Origin: Curvularia clavata
Lineage: Eukaryota
NCBI GenBank assembly: GCA_023920165.1
Contig: CP089277.1
Span: forward strand, 1,240,001-1,304,000
DNA: 64,000 bases
Direction of reading: 5' to 3'
A program made the translations under genes and the position numbers. Position 1 is the stretch's first letter. Each line of letters begins with the position of its first letter. Below are positions 1 through 12,329 of this stretch, in pieces. The notes below the pieces were generated by a model. It made no database searches and was not told the DNA's origin. It was given only the letters and a program-made list of their open reading frames with translations.

Positions 1-1690
1 TTCAGCTCAGGGCCCGGCTCAGTCTCGGTTTCCTCCATGATGATCTCCTGTGCCGCATTTTCAACTGATGTCTCTGGCTCACCAATTGACTTCCTTGCTT
101 GCGCTACGATTGAGTCTGCCTCGGTGATGCCGCCTTTTGCAGCTGCCTGTTCTTGATCCAGGTTTGCCGTAGCCTCGTTCTTCCGCTGGCGAAGGGCCTT
201 GTTGTCAAATCGCACAACCATGCACGACAGGTTATCGGTGGAGAAGCGCGCAAGAGCGTAGTCGACGAGTTTCTTCGAGGCCTCTTGAGGATCATGGATG
301 TGGCGAACGAGATCGACTGCTTCTTGGTCCGAACAGACGTCCCAGAGCTATACATGTTAGCGAGTGAAAAGGTTCAAGACACGAATCAACTTACACCATC
401 GCAGGCGAGAATGAGGAACTCGTCTTGGTCGGCCTGGATAACAGTCTCCGTAGTGTAGGGATGCCCAGTAACCAGGTCCTTCATGTATGCATCGCCCAAT
501 GCCCGCGTGACAGCGAGGACGCCATTGACGCGGTTGTTGAGTATCAAACCACCAGCACTAGCCACACGACGTCCTTCATTCTCATCGCTGCCCTTATGGT
601 CATACGAAAGGCGAAGAGCTCGGCCGTTTCGACAAAGGACAATGCGCGCGTCGCCCACATTCGCCGTGTACAAGACGCGTTGTCGAGAAGCCTCGCTTCG
701 TAGTTTGGCTTCTACTTGTTCGGCTGCAGGCTCCGAAGTAGTAGCAGCAGCATCAGTACCTTCTTTGACCTCGCCGCCTTCGCCAGCTTGCTTGATGGCT
801 GAGACGGCCGCAGGAGCAAAGAGGACAGAGCCAGTGGACGATTGTGCGTTGGGCACGCGGTCTTCCCATCGCAAAACCGCGATGACAGCCGTGCAACCGC
901 TGTTCTTCAAGGGAAGTTTCTCCAACTGCTGGTCAACGACGGTGAAGGTCTGGTCGAGGAGTTCAGGTATCGGTGTATTGGGGTTCTTTCGAATTGTCTC
1001 TTCCAATATCAAATGAAGCTTCTTTCCACACCAGTCGGCGGCAAAAGTACCCGCATGCCCGTCGAAAATGGCAAAATAGCCATTGTCACTCTCGACTACT
1101 GACTGCGCCAGAGGATCAGACTGGACTGAACTCGCGTCCGAAACGGCACGCGTCTTGTCGTTGCCATACGAGGGGGCTGGAGTGCTCAGGAAATTATATA
1201 GATATGCATGTGTATCCTCCATAGTCCGCCGGCACTTCTTGTTCTTGTCCTCGGTGACACCGACACGGAACGTGGAGCGGGGCCCGGGGGCGGACTCGCC
1301 GGCCGAGTTATTGAGTGAGCCCTGGGGCACGCTGAGGGCAGCGTCCGACTTGCCTAGTTTCTGCATTGGAGTTTGGGCAGCTGGCTTCTCGGGCGAGTTG
1401 GCGTGGGCGTTGGCAGCGGGGGCGGACGACGAAGTCGAGGTGGGAGAGGAGCCGCCAAAGTGCAGCGACTGCTTCGCGCTCGAGAACATGTCGCGGGCAC
1501 GCGACACGCCACTGGTCCGTCGTTTTCTCTCGGGTGGAGCAGCAGAATCGCTGCCCTTGCGATCGGTCGCAGCGGAGCCGTTGCTTGCGCCGTGTGTGTC
1601 GGTCGTGGATGCGGCAGCCGGCCTGGGCGCGTCGCTGGTTGCAGGGGTCTCTATGGCGGAACCTTCATCGTCTTTTGCATTCCCGAACAT
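1..1690 (-). CDS. PTC1: Protein phosphatase 2C, Ptc1-like (3' end runs off window start; intron 348-394)
   Basis: PP2C motifs [41 protein letters not shown] and STDNLS; intron with GTAAGT donor, CTAAC branch and TAG acceptor; ATG at 1690 (MFGNAKD). Confidence 0.92.
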
Positions 1691-2528
1691 CTTCGAGAGC
1701 AAGCCGCCCTGGGCGCTCCGGCGCCTGTTACCTGCCAGCTTGGGAGATTGCGGCGCTGCTTACGTACCGGGTGGCGGCGAAGGCGGGTGCGGGTGCGGGT
1801 GCAGAGAGGGGGGGAGCGAGAAGCGGAGATGAGCGAAGCTGGAGGATCAACAATACGGGGGGAAGAAATGCACGTAGACAAGGCCAAGGGGAGGCGCTGG
1901 AAGAAAGCAAGAGGGAGATGGGGCTAGGTGTGATGACGTCGGGCGAGAGTGACGGCGGGGTGAGCAAGTGTGCAAGCGGCAGTGCCAATTGGCGGGCGTG
2001 GAAGGCTGGACGCTGGACGCTTGACGCCGGGAAGGGGTGACAGCGACAACGACAGTGTGACAGCGCGTAGCAAGCGGTGGCGGTTTGGGATTGCGAATTG
2101 GGGGGCGATGGTTGCAACAACAACAAGGGCGGCGGTGGAGCAGGCCACGATGCTATCTAAAGTACCCAAGTAGCTACCACGCATGGCCTGTACCGTGCGT
2201 CGGCCGCCATCCTCAGCCAGGCCATGTATCTGATCGTCCGTCTGTTACCCCGCCCGTGCTGTGAATGAGGCCGGGGGCCTAGCCGGACGAACTCAGTCTT
2301 GTGACTTTTTGTCTCCTTTGGGCTCCAAGCTGTCTAACAAAGACGCCATTCACCCCCAGGGTTTGCATCGTGGCCTACGATCCGCGACGTCTAGGCTCGC
2401 TGCATGCACGCCGGCGCGCTGGGTGGACCCGACTGGGATAGTGACTAAACTCTTACACATATGATCGGGCTCCACGTGGGACGGGACTAGGGGCATCCCA
2501 GGTTTGGTAAAACTAACACGTTTGTCTA

Positions 2529-3523
2529 TCAGACTAACTGCTCTTCAGCAAACACAGACACGAGCAATATCTGGTACGCTCGTGTCTCAGACATCTCGCC
2601 GTGGTCGACCAAACGACGGATATAAGCGGCAAACTCCTCTTTGTGCATGGTCGCCTCCTCGTTACCTTTAAAAGAGAGTTGTGCCGAGACTTTGCCTACA
2701 ACATCGGCTGCTACGCGTCCAGCTGCTCTCTGCATTTCAAGGCCTAGAACAAGTCGCGCTTTGCATATGAGACGACGCTGGGGGCTGTTCCAGCGAGACT
2801 GAGATAGTCCATCTGAAGCCAACACCTCACGGTACAGTGCCAGAAGCTGGGTCTGGCATTTTACATTTCCGTTCTTAGCCTCACGGACCAGCTTCTGGAG
2901 ATACTTCTCCAGCGATACTAGATCGAGCTCAATCACAACGTCTGTAGGAAAAGGCATCTCAGGCTCGATCCCATTTGCGGATGTTGATCCACTCCTGCAA
3001 CCTCGTGGGTGTTGCTTTCTCTTGGCAGAGTGTGAGATGTAGACTGTGGCAGGAGTCGCTGTTGTCATGTGTACAGCAGTGGCCAAAGTGGCCTGATCTA
3101 GCACTTCATCCATATAGGTGTTGACTGAAGCCATGTCATGCAAAGACTTGTTTACAGATACAGTTGTATTTGTAAGGTCTGGGCATCCATGATCAAGAGA
3201 CGAAGATCTCACTGCGTTTTCTGGTTTCTTCAGCAGCTATTTTACCATTAGTGCTCTGGTTTTTAAGACAGTGGATTATTCTGACTTACTACACTTGTGC
3301 CTCCGTCAGATATGAAAACCTGCCGCAGGCACTGGCATCGGTTACAATGAAATCCTGAACGTAGGCCTTCCAGGTTCACATTTACCTCTGGAACAACGCA
3401 CTTTTGGCGTCGAACTTTTTGTAGCTTGCGCCGGCAGGGTTTTCCAGTAGCAGCGTCAACTCTAGGTCGAAAAAGTGTTTTGACAACAGCCCTGAGGCGA
3501 CAGTACAGACCGTGTTTCTTCAT
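2529..3523 (-). CDS. Hypothetical protein, two exons (3523-3290, 3236-2529), about 313 aa
   Basis: ORFs 3263-3523 and 2529-3212 are joined in frame by a phase-0 GTAAGT...CTAAT...TAG intron (3237-3289). Confidence 0.6.
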
Positions 3524-3865
3524 CTGCGTGATTGGTATGTGTGAGTTTTGGATTGGGAATATGCGCTCTCATGTTTTGATATTTAATAATGCATAGTTCT
3601 TCAAATATTCTTCATAATAATACGAATTCCTTGCTTCCCATTATTTCTTGTTCTCAATAACACAAAGCCTTTGTTGCGAGCATGAGCACTGTTGAAGGCT
3701 TTGCACACCTTCTACAGCAGCTTTGTCCTCCTGCACCCGCCAAACTGTCTCTCTTATTGTACACAACGTCTTAAAATATACTTTTCCCCGAATCAATCCA
3801 ACTCTTCATGGCGGAGAATGGAGGGTTTATCGAAACCACGCCTCTGCACCAACCCCATTATTTCC

Positions 3866-4648
3866 CTAAAAATCGCATGACTCAGCAAGCACCTTCGCCA
3901 GTTCCTCCAGCGCCTCTTGATCTTCAGTGGTGAAGCCGTTAAGCTCTGCACAGTCAATGTCAATAATCGCTACCACCTAATTGAACGTTAGTTAGAAATG
4001 ATAGTCAAACCCCCCAAGAAAGAAAGAAGACCAAAGTAACATACCTTCCCTTCCTTCACAATCGGCACCACAATCTCGCTCTTACTCGCTCCGTCACATG
4101 CAATATGCCCGGGAAACTTTTCCACATCCTCCACCAACTGCGTCTTTGCCTCTTGCGCCGCCTTACCACAGACACCGCGGCCAAACGCAATAACCTGGCA
4201 CGCTACTTGGCCCTGGAAAGGACCAAGAAGCAGCTGCGAGGGATTTGACGGGTCGGTGAAGTAGAAGCCTGCCCAGTTGACGGCTGAGGAAGGAGCAGGG
4301 AGCGAGTGGAACGCATGCCAGAGAAGGGAAGCTGCGTTTGAGAAGTTGCTGTCGTTGAAAAGTCGTGTCAGATATTTTCTTCAATGGATTCCGCTACTTG
4401 GGACCGGATGGAATAACTCACCAGACCTGGAACCAATGTTAGCGTCTACAACCTCCCTTCAGTTCGGTGCATACATACCCAATTCCGCTGCCCGTCAAAC
4501 AGCGCTCTCGCTTGCTCTAGAACCTGTCCATATACCTCTTTCTTGCTCATGCCCTCGGCAAAAGTAGATGAATCGGCGTGTACCTGTGATGATGGCGTTA
4601 GCAACCAATAACACCAGACCATGGTGAGACAAGAAACAAACGTACCAT
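3866..4648 (-). CDS. GAF-domain free methionine-R-sulfoxide reductase (fRMsr, YKL069W-like), 5 exons
   Basis: Manual splicing gives MVHADSSTF...DGQRNWVCNFSNAASLLWHAF...NWAGFY...LGPFQGQVACQVIAFGRGVCG...FPGHIACDGASKSEIVVPI...IIDIDC; missed by the ORF track because of introns. Confidence 0.92.
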
Positions 4649-5466
4649 GATGTCGATATCTCAGCTATCAAGCACGTTCTTTTTCACACAAATACACTTG
4701 GAAATGCACACACTTTGATTTCTTTAAAGCGATCGCCGAGACTTGCCGGAAGAGAAGAACCCACACAAACACACAACTCAGCTTGAGATTTCCAGCCTTG
4801 GGAATGTGTTTTCTTTTTTTAATTCCCTTCGGTTACTCTTGTGAATCTTTGATTTCAAAGCAGTGGAACACAACAGTTAGCGAGGCGACTAACTCACTGG
4901 ATGCTTGTTTGCATGACTGTTTGGTGATGGGAGAAAGTGGTTGGTGTGCTGAATAGGGTTAGACTGGGTATAAAACTTGCGATCGCGTCATCGTTTGGGT
5001 TGGACGAATCACTACTTACGTACAAGTACATGCGTTTGGGATGATAGGATAATCTGGTGACCGACTGTTTTGTGGACGGCGATGAGGAGATAATACTTTC
5101 AGAAGAGTTATGTGTAGCGAGATGATGCTGGCAGGTACAACGTTTGGAGTAGCGCTCGCTTTTCCTCTCTTAACCCAGCGCTGTGATTACAACCCTTGAA
5201 AATCCCCGCTTGTCCAGCAATTTCAGATCGATTTATCGTACCCTCCTAAATTGCTATCGCTCACTTTGGAGTTTCCCAAAGCGCCGTGCAAATCTCCACA
5301 TTGTACACACAGTCTTCCATCCCGCCAAAAATAAACCCCCTGTCAAAAAAAAATCTTCATGTAGGAGAAAACTCGCAGTACAAACCCACATGCTTCATTT
5401 GCTTGTCAAAGGCCCAAGTATATCTACGAAATACCACACAACAATGCTTCATGACACTTGAATCAA

Positions 5467-5571
5467 GGTTGGTTGGCGCAATGGTAGCGCGTGGCCCTCC
5501 TATAGTAATGCAGCCTCAAAACTGCAGAACTTCAAAGGCCAAGGCTGTGGGTTCGAGTCCCACATCGATCG
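5467..5571 (+). tRNA. tRNA-Arg(CCT) with 33-nt intron (5503-5535)
   Basis: Cloverleaf: acceptor GGTTGGT/ATCGATC, D-stem GCGC/GCGC, anticodon stem TGGCC/GGCCA with CT-CCT-A, T-arm GTGGG-TTCGAGT-CCCAC. Confidence 0.9.
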
Positions 5572-5630
5572 CAGATAAGAAGAAAGCAATTCGTATCCTG
5601 AACATCCAAGATGTTGTGGTGGAGAAGATG

Positions 5631-5640
5631 TTTTTTTTTT
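5631..5640 (+). terminator. Probable Pol III terminator (T10) of the tRNA
   Basis: First long T-run downstream of the tRNA. Confidence 0.5.
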
Positions 5641-6291
5641 GGTGGAGCGATATACATCACGTGATATACAGTTGGCTTATCACGTGCGAGGGCTTGGTGT
5701 GCACTTTTTATAGAGAACAGCTTCGTCACCTGCAGAGTCTATGCATTCTGTACTGCTGTACCCGACCCTATCGTATTTTTGTTAACATATGTACTAGTTA
5801 TCACACAAACTGCTATGCATCACGCATCAACCAGATTAAGCTAGAGAAGAATTTCTTTTGAACAGTTGAGATTACGCTCATCATTAACTCATACACGTCA
5901 TGAACATATCCGCAGCTAGATGACCGCGAAAAGGGACAAGACTACAGTAAAGTCGTGCAAGAAACCGTGGCCGGTGACGAGACAGTAGAAAAAGTGAAGT
6001 CGAAGAAGAAGAAAACGAACACTCCGTGCGCCGCACCCAGCCAAGTGTTCAAGCAGACAGATATCCCAGAGACCAATATGCACAGATATTAGCCTATCCA
6101 GAAACGCCAACTCCCATTAAAAAAAACATTTGCGGCGCCGGGCCCGACGGCATGCTGATGGACGAGGAATTGACTTGGACAGAAAACGAAGCGAGCACAA
6201 TCGTAACAAATGTGGTGTGTCCCAAGGCGCCATGCTAGAAACTCCGTGTAATGAAGATGGAGACTCAGAAGTTGAAATCCAGAAACGTCCC

Positions 6292-8314
6292 TTATGCTTT
6301 GGTTCGTGAGATGGCATTGCCAACACTGCCAACGCGGCCGCTGGTTTTCCGTACGCCAGATTTGCCGTCTGTGCTTCGCCGTGAAGGGCTCGAGCGGACC
6401 TTGGTCATGCTGATGCTACCATTGCCGCTCTTGTCCTTGGGTGTCTTTGGTCGCGCACCAGCTGGTGCCGTGTTCTCGAGATCACTCTCTTCGCCGTAAC
6501 CAAAAGAGGTATGTGTCACCGAAGTTTGGATGACCGAGGTGGTGCTGAAGGCGCGGCGCTGCTTGTCCTTCAGGGTAGGCGAGCGCGCGGGTGAACGCGA
6601 CGATGTTCGCCGCGCGATCTGGCGGAGGTGGAACTCCTCGTCTGACTCGCCATCGAAGCGTGTAATCTCTGCCCTGACCTCGGTGTGCGACTTTGTGAAT
6701 GGCTCGTTTTCGTCGATACGCTGTGGTGATTGTCGTGATCCATTGCCGTAAAGCTTGCTAGTCTTTCGCGGCTGGCCTGGTGTCGGTGCCGGCAGGTTGT
6801 CATCCAGTACACCAATGTGTCCCGAGTTGCTTCGCTCGTTCGATTCAATCTCGCCCAGGGCCGCGCGCTTCTGCGATCCATTGGGAGGAGTAAATGTTTG
6901 CCCGTTGCTAGCGAGGCGTTGTTTGTGTGGCGACTTTGTAGGTGTGGAAGGCACCATTTGAGCATACTTGGCCTTCATGGTGTCCTCGTACCACCACTCT
7001 CGGAAAGTGCCCTGGTTCAAGTGCAGCCAGTGCTGTTGAGGACCAACAACCATTCCCGGGCGCATGAAGCGCATGTACGCAATGATCTCGTTCGCAGTGA
7101 AGCCGTGCTTGTAGATCAGATATGCTCCAATGAGGCAACCAGTTCGGCCCAGACCAGCTTTGCAGTGAACGGCGATGCCTCGCTTTTGTACCGTAATCAT
7201 CTCGTGCGCAAGATTAACAAACTTGCGGACTAGCGATAGGGGTGGGCATGTTCCATCGTCAAAGATCATGTTGAGATGCTGAATGCCCAGCTTGGTGAAG
7301 TATGAGGAAGAGTACAGCTCCGAGTTCAGGCGAACGACGAGGCCGATGTTGCGCGCACAGAAGTGTGAAAGCACATTCTTGAAGGGGCTGGGAAGGTCGG
7401 ATCTTTGGACCTCAGCGATGTTGGAAGGAAGTGTTGCATACATGGGCGAAGAGGTAGGGATTTCGTGGGTGGGCTTTTGTTGCGGCGAGGCAAATGCAAG
7501 GAAGTCGGGGGTGATCCAGTTGAAGTCTCCCATATCTACGCGCTCGTACTTTTCGTACCTGACAGGGTTAGCAACAATCAGTACGAGTAGGAGTAGGTTA
7601 CATACTCCTCCAGACTGAAGTCCTTCAGTCCACAGAGGCCTTCCTCCTTAGCCTTCCATACACCGTAGATGACGTCCTGAATGTTGAGAACATAGTCGGC
7701 CTGGCTGTAGCCGGCATCGCGGAAGGGCATGCAAGGGGGATCCATCTGGGCGATTGGTGCCAGGGCAAGGTGAGGCGGCCACGACTGGATGAGGACCATG
7801 TAGCATGCCAAGATACAGGCAGCGTTTGCGCGACCTAAGCATGTCAATAGGGACGCAAAAGCGGCAACGGTGGAGTGATCTTACTCCTTGAATCGGCGTT
7901 GCTCCAGAAAACAACTGCGCGGTCCTCGTTGGCGGGATCGCCTAGGACCTCGTGCAGCTGGACGGCGAATCGGTACAGGTGACCGATGTGCAGCGGGCCA
8001 AAGTCGCCATGGAAGGCATTGTACAGCAGCGTCTTGTCGATGCTGAAGTAGACGGGGGGAAGAGCCTTGTGGGCGGAAACGGTAGGGCCACCATGTGCGC
8101 GCGATGAGCGCTTCGACGGCGACTGCGACTGCTTTGGATAGGGGAAAGGTGTGGATGCATCTGGAGCATACGTGTATGAAGCCAGGTAGAGGCGGTCCTG
8201 GATGTACTAGAGAGCGAGTGGATCAGCACGAGTGCCAATGGTGTTTTGTTTTGGCGTTTGTTGTGCTCCTACCTCGATGACCTGGCCGTAGCTGGTCGTG
8301 GACGCGCGTGGCAT
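6292..8314 (-). CDS. CDC14: Dual-specificity phosphatase Cdc14 (4 exons)
   Basis: YIQDRLYLASY, FHGDFGPLHIG, PFRDAGYSQAD, GDFNWITPDF and catalytic HCKAGLGRTG; introns near 8207-8272, 7835-7884 and 7559-7605. Confidence 0.96.
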
Positions 8315-9290
8315 TTTGGCGACTCGCTCGCGGGGAGAGGGCATGAAGCAGAAGCTGCGACTCTCAAAGTACTGGTCTCTTCCGACTGGGGAAGCGACGA
8401 CTGACGACTGACGAAGGACTGCGCACGAGGTGTTGGGACGAAAGCGGCGATGTCGGCAGCGCGACGCAGCTGAGGACCAGAGGGGGAGAGGGGAGCTGTG
8501 GTGGAGAGGCTGGCGGCGTGGCGGCGGGCTTGCCGTCTACTGTTCCTGCTGCGGTCTGGGTTAAGGAATAATTGTAAAGATGGCCGACGAGCGGAAGTGG
8601 TAGCAAGTTTAAGCAACATGCCTATGTTGTTGTTGTTTACTGGTGCACGGACTCGGCCACTAGCTCCACTCGCTGGTTTCGGGACGCCCGCCAACAGCAT
8701 CACAACAACTCTGAGCCTAGGGGCCCGAGCGCCATCATAACAAGGCTCGAGCGGACCTCTCCCCTACAGCGTCTCCGCCGCAGGGCCCGTTGTTATGCTC
8801 CAGCTCATGCATCGCTTTGCTGTCCACTCGTAGCCTGCATCTGCTCGGCCTGGGCCGCTCTCGTCTCTTGGGAAACCAACACCATCCCTCATCTCCTGCA
8901 GCTGTCCTTCTGTACACATGACCTCACAGGGTCCAGTGCCACCGCTTGTCGCTGTCTCGAGCCATGCCGTAATTGCAGACATGCCGCCGCTGCCATAGTG
9001 ATGGCAATAACACCCATCTTGACTTGGATTGGCTAGCTCGCTCAAAGACAACGCCCTCACCTAATTTGCAAACACTCGAACCCGCACTCGTACTCCGTAC
9101 TATTAAAGTTGACTGCCGTTGTCCGGCAAGGTACGTTTGACGTGTGGTATCGATAAGGCACTCAGCCGTCCGGGATCACGTGCCCTATGCACTCTTAGGA
9201 ACATCGCCTGACAACCACTACCACACCATTCCCCACACTTGATTCAAGCAACATCTACCGCACTCAGGCAGAAAATCTCGCCTTGCGGAA

Positions 9291-11032
9291 ATGATACGAA
9301 GAGGCAGAAACGAAGGGTGGCTCATACGGCCCATCGATGCGCTGCCTACCTGGGCCACTTTTAACGGCATCAAATTCAACAATGTCAAAATCGGACCCCT
9401 GCCTGGTTACGAGGAGAGAGGATCGACCGTCATCGCTGAGCGCACCCTTCAAGGAAGCAACATTGAACCTCTCCTCATAGTGCCTAAAGAGTTGATCATC
9501 TCTCGTCAAAACATAGACTTGGTTGCCAAGTCGGACCATCATTTATCCAATCTTCTCGAAGCTCTTGGGGACTTCGGAAGGGTGCGTGATAGACTCTGGT
9601 AGCCCGTCAACTGCTCGTGATAGTAACACTTCGCAGACAACACGAGGCGCCGTGCTCTCCTTCTTGCTTCTCCAGGCTACTATTTGCTGTCCTGATACAA
9701 AGGATGTGGGCGTACTAAACCCTCTCACAGAGTACATCAAATTCCTTCCAGACGAGCTGCTCCCCACCTTCTGGACAGAAGAGGAGCGGGAGCTTCTAGT
9801 CGGAACAACGCTCAAGTCTGCGGTTAGCGCAAAGCTCAACAGTTTGTTGCGCGAATTCGAGAACCTGCGCACCGCTACAGAGTCTATTCCGTGGTGCAAA
9901 AAGTACTGGTGGGACGAGAACAATGGAATGCTCACTTTCGATGACTGGATGCGTGTCGATGCCATGTACAGATCTCGAGCATTAGAGTTTCCAGGCACTG
10001 GAGATTGCATGATGCCATGCGTCGACATGGCCAATCACGCATCAGGCGATGCCACCGCCGCCTTGTATGAGACGGATGGCGACGGAAATGGCCTGCTTCT
10101 ACTCCGAGAGGGGAAAGCAATTGAACAAGGCGGCGAAGTGACAATCACGTGCGTCGCCATGAACCAATCAATCTGCTGTGCTGACGACTGTAGGTATGGT
10201 GACGATAAAGGTGCTTGTGAGAACATCTTCTCGTACGGATTCCTCGAAGATGGAATGACTTCCGCGAAAGTCTTGTTCCTGGATCTCGAGATTCCAGATG
10301 ACGATCCTTTAAGACCTGCAAAAATGTATGTTTCAACTGAAGCGCCAGGCTTCCGCATCTTTGAGAAGGATGGTGCAGTAGATTGGGAAGGAGACTTCAT
10401 ATGGCTTGTTGTAGTTAATGAAGAAGACGGGTTAGATTTCAAAATTAGACAAACCACCGACGGTAAGAGGGATATCCAAAGTTTTTGGAAAGAGGGTGAG
10501 TTGGATACTTCAAAACTACGCTACCACCTGGAAAAAGAAGAAGCATGGGATGTCTTCCAACTGCGTGCGACAGTTCTCTTGCAGAATCGTATCGATGCGC
10601 AGATCGACATGCTCCAAGAGACCAAGCATGTCAAGCGCGAGACCAGCGTTCGAGAAACGCCATGGCGACTATCGGAGCGACTCCGAAGCTTAGAGCTGAA
10701 CTTGCTCCAGCGTGCTGCAGCTGCTTTTGACGAACAAGTAAGAACGCCCCTTCTTCCCCCTGCATGCTTCAAACAAACCATCCCATGGTCCTTTTACAGT
10801 ATGCAGCCTTCACCGCCCTTTTTGCGGAGTGCATGCTAGCACCATGTCGGAACTTGGGCTTGATCGGCCACACGTGGCGACCGCGTTCCTGCAGCTGCCC
10901 TGTGCAACCAGTAGTGACGATTACTGACACGAACCACAGAAAGCCAAATTGCTAGACTCACCGATCGTCGTACACTACCTGGGCTTGGACGAGCAGGAAG
11001 AAGAGGGGGAAGAGGAAGTTGATTTTTCTTGA
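9291..11032 (+). CDS. SET-domain (Rkm/Efm-type) lysine methyltransferase; introns near 9582-9636, 10149-10193, 10738-10939
   Basis: SET motifs YRSRAL, PCVDMANH, EVTIT|YG and FSYGF; splice signals restore one reading frame. Confidence 0.85.
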
Positions 11033-12329
11033 GTACCCAATAGCCAAACTAATGCTACTCAACTCGTAGCGTACATGTACTCGGCAACAGAGTGGTCCTA
11101 CGCCTGGTGAGACATCACACAATAGCAACCATGTGCGTCGAACAATACTGGGAGAAGCAAAGTATTTCTGCCACGTATTCTGGCCCTCTTGATTCCCCTA
11201 GGTACATTCTCCAGCAGTTGGTGCGTCGCTGTTGATTGTTATACTGTCAGCACTTACACAGAGTACTGTTAACATGCATACGGCACAGTTGGTAATATCA
11301 CGCCATGTCGTATGTTGGGTAGATATCAGCTGCCTGACACCAATCAATGACATGCCCCAAGTCTTCTCCCCAGGGCTAAGATGACTGATCGGCCGCATGG
11401 TTGGGAAGCTTGACTGGGATGAGCCGCTTGCCACGTTGTGTACCCAGCAACGTTCTTCTGGAACGGTGCTAGGGCGAGTCGAGACTACGCTGATTTGTCT
11501 GGATGAATTCCGAGGGCAAGCAACTCGCAGGGTACGCTGAGTTGGTGTATGTCGTACGAGCAGCGAATGGGGTAGGGTCCTTAGCGAAAGGCTGCTTGCG
11601 CTATGCTTTTCACAAAGATGAGCCTCCAATATAGCCCGGATGACGCGGGTCCAGGAAATCACAAGGCAGATGACTGGGAGAGATTATGACGAGTGCTAGA
11701 GGCTGGCGCCCTTGATGCTCTGAGACTGTAGCTCGAGATATTCTACGTTGCTGAGGCTGATCAGGCGTGCTAAGGGCCGCCGAGAACGGCCGTCGTAGTT
11801 GTGACAAGCTGCAGACGACCCCGCATGCTGATTGCAGCAAGTCAGGATTAAGGTTTAGGGTCCAGTCGTGGGCGAAAATGTATCGGCGAGAATCCACGCT
11901 GCTCGTCTGTGGCCTGATGGAATGGAATGGCGCCCTTCCGCCCCCGCCTTTGCCCACAAATTCCCCCGGATCCCGCTAGGCCAGGGTGGCATGTGGCAGC
12001 GCACCTTGTTCAATACATTTGCCTGCCCGCCCCGATTCTTCCGCCCACCTTTTACCCCCTCGTCAATCTGTGCATCCGCTCACCTCGACTTTACCCGCCG
12101 GCTGCCCCTACACTGCAGCAATAATATACCTCTTTCCAAGACACCAGCGACGACGGAGACGACAAAAAAACGGACATCCGAATTTTGCAGAGCACGCGCC
12201 TTTTGCCAACCTAGGACTACCGGATGACAGGACCAATCTCTACCCATTAGCGGACCGCCCATAGGGCCTGCAACAAACCGTACCATCAACCACATCCAAG
12301 ACGCGCGAAAGCCGAGCAGGATCGCCACC

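Noticed and set aside
425..2184. Many long plus-strand and alternative-frame ORFs over PTC1, and similar shadow ORFs over other genes
   Set aside because: Antisense or off-frame shadows of GC-rich coding sequence with no recognisable motifs
5286..5861. 191-aa ORF
   Set aside because: Non-ATG start, overlaps the tRNA gene and has no protein-like features
10738..10939. 202-nt last intron of the SET gene as a snoRNA, riboswitch or stwintron host
   Set aside because: No C/D boxes, TPP-aptamer consensus or split-donor arrangement could be identified by eye
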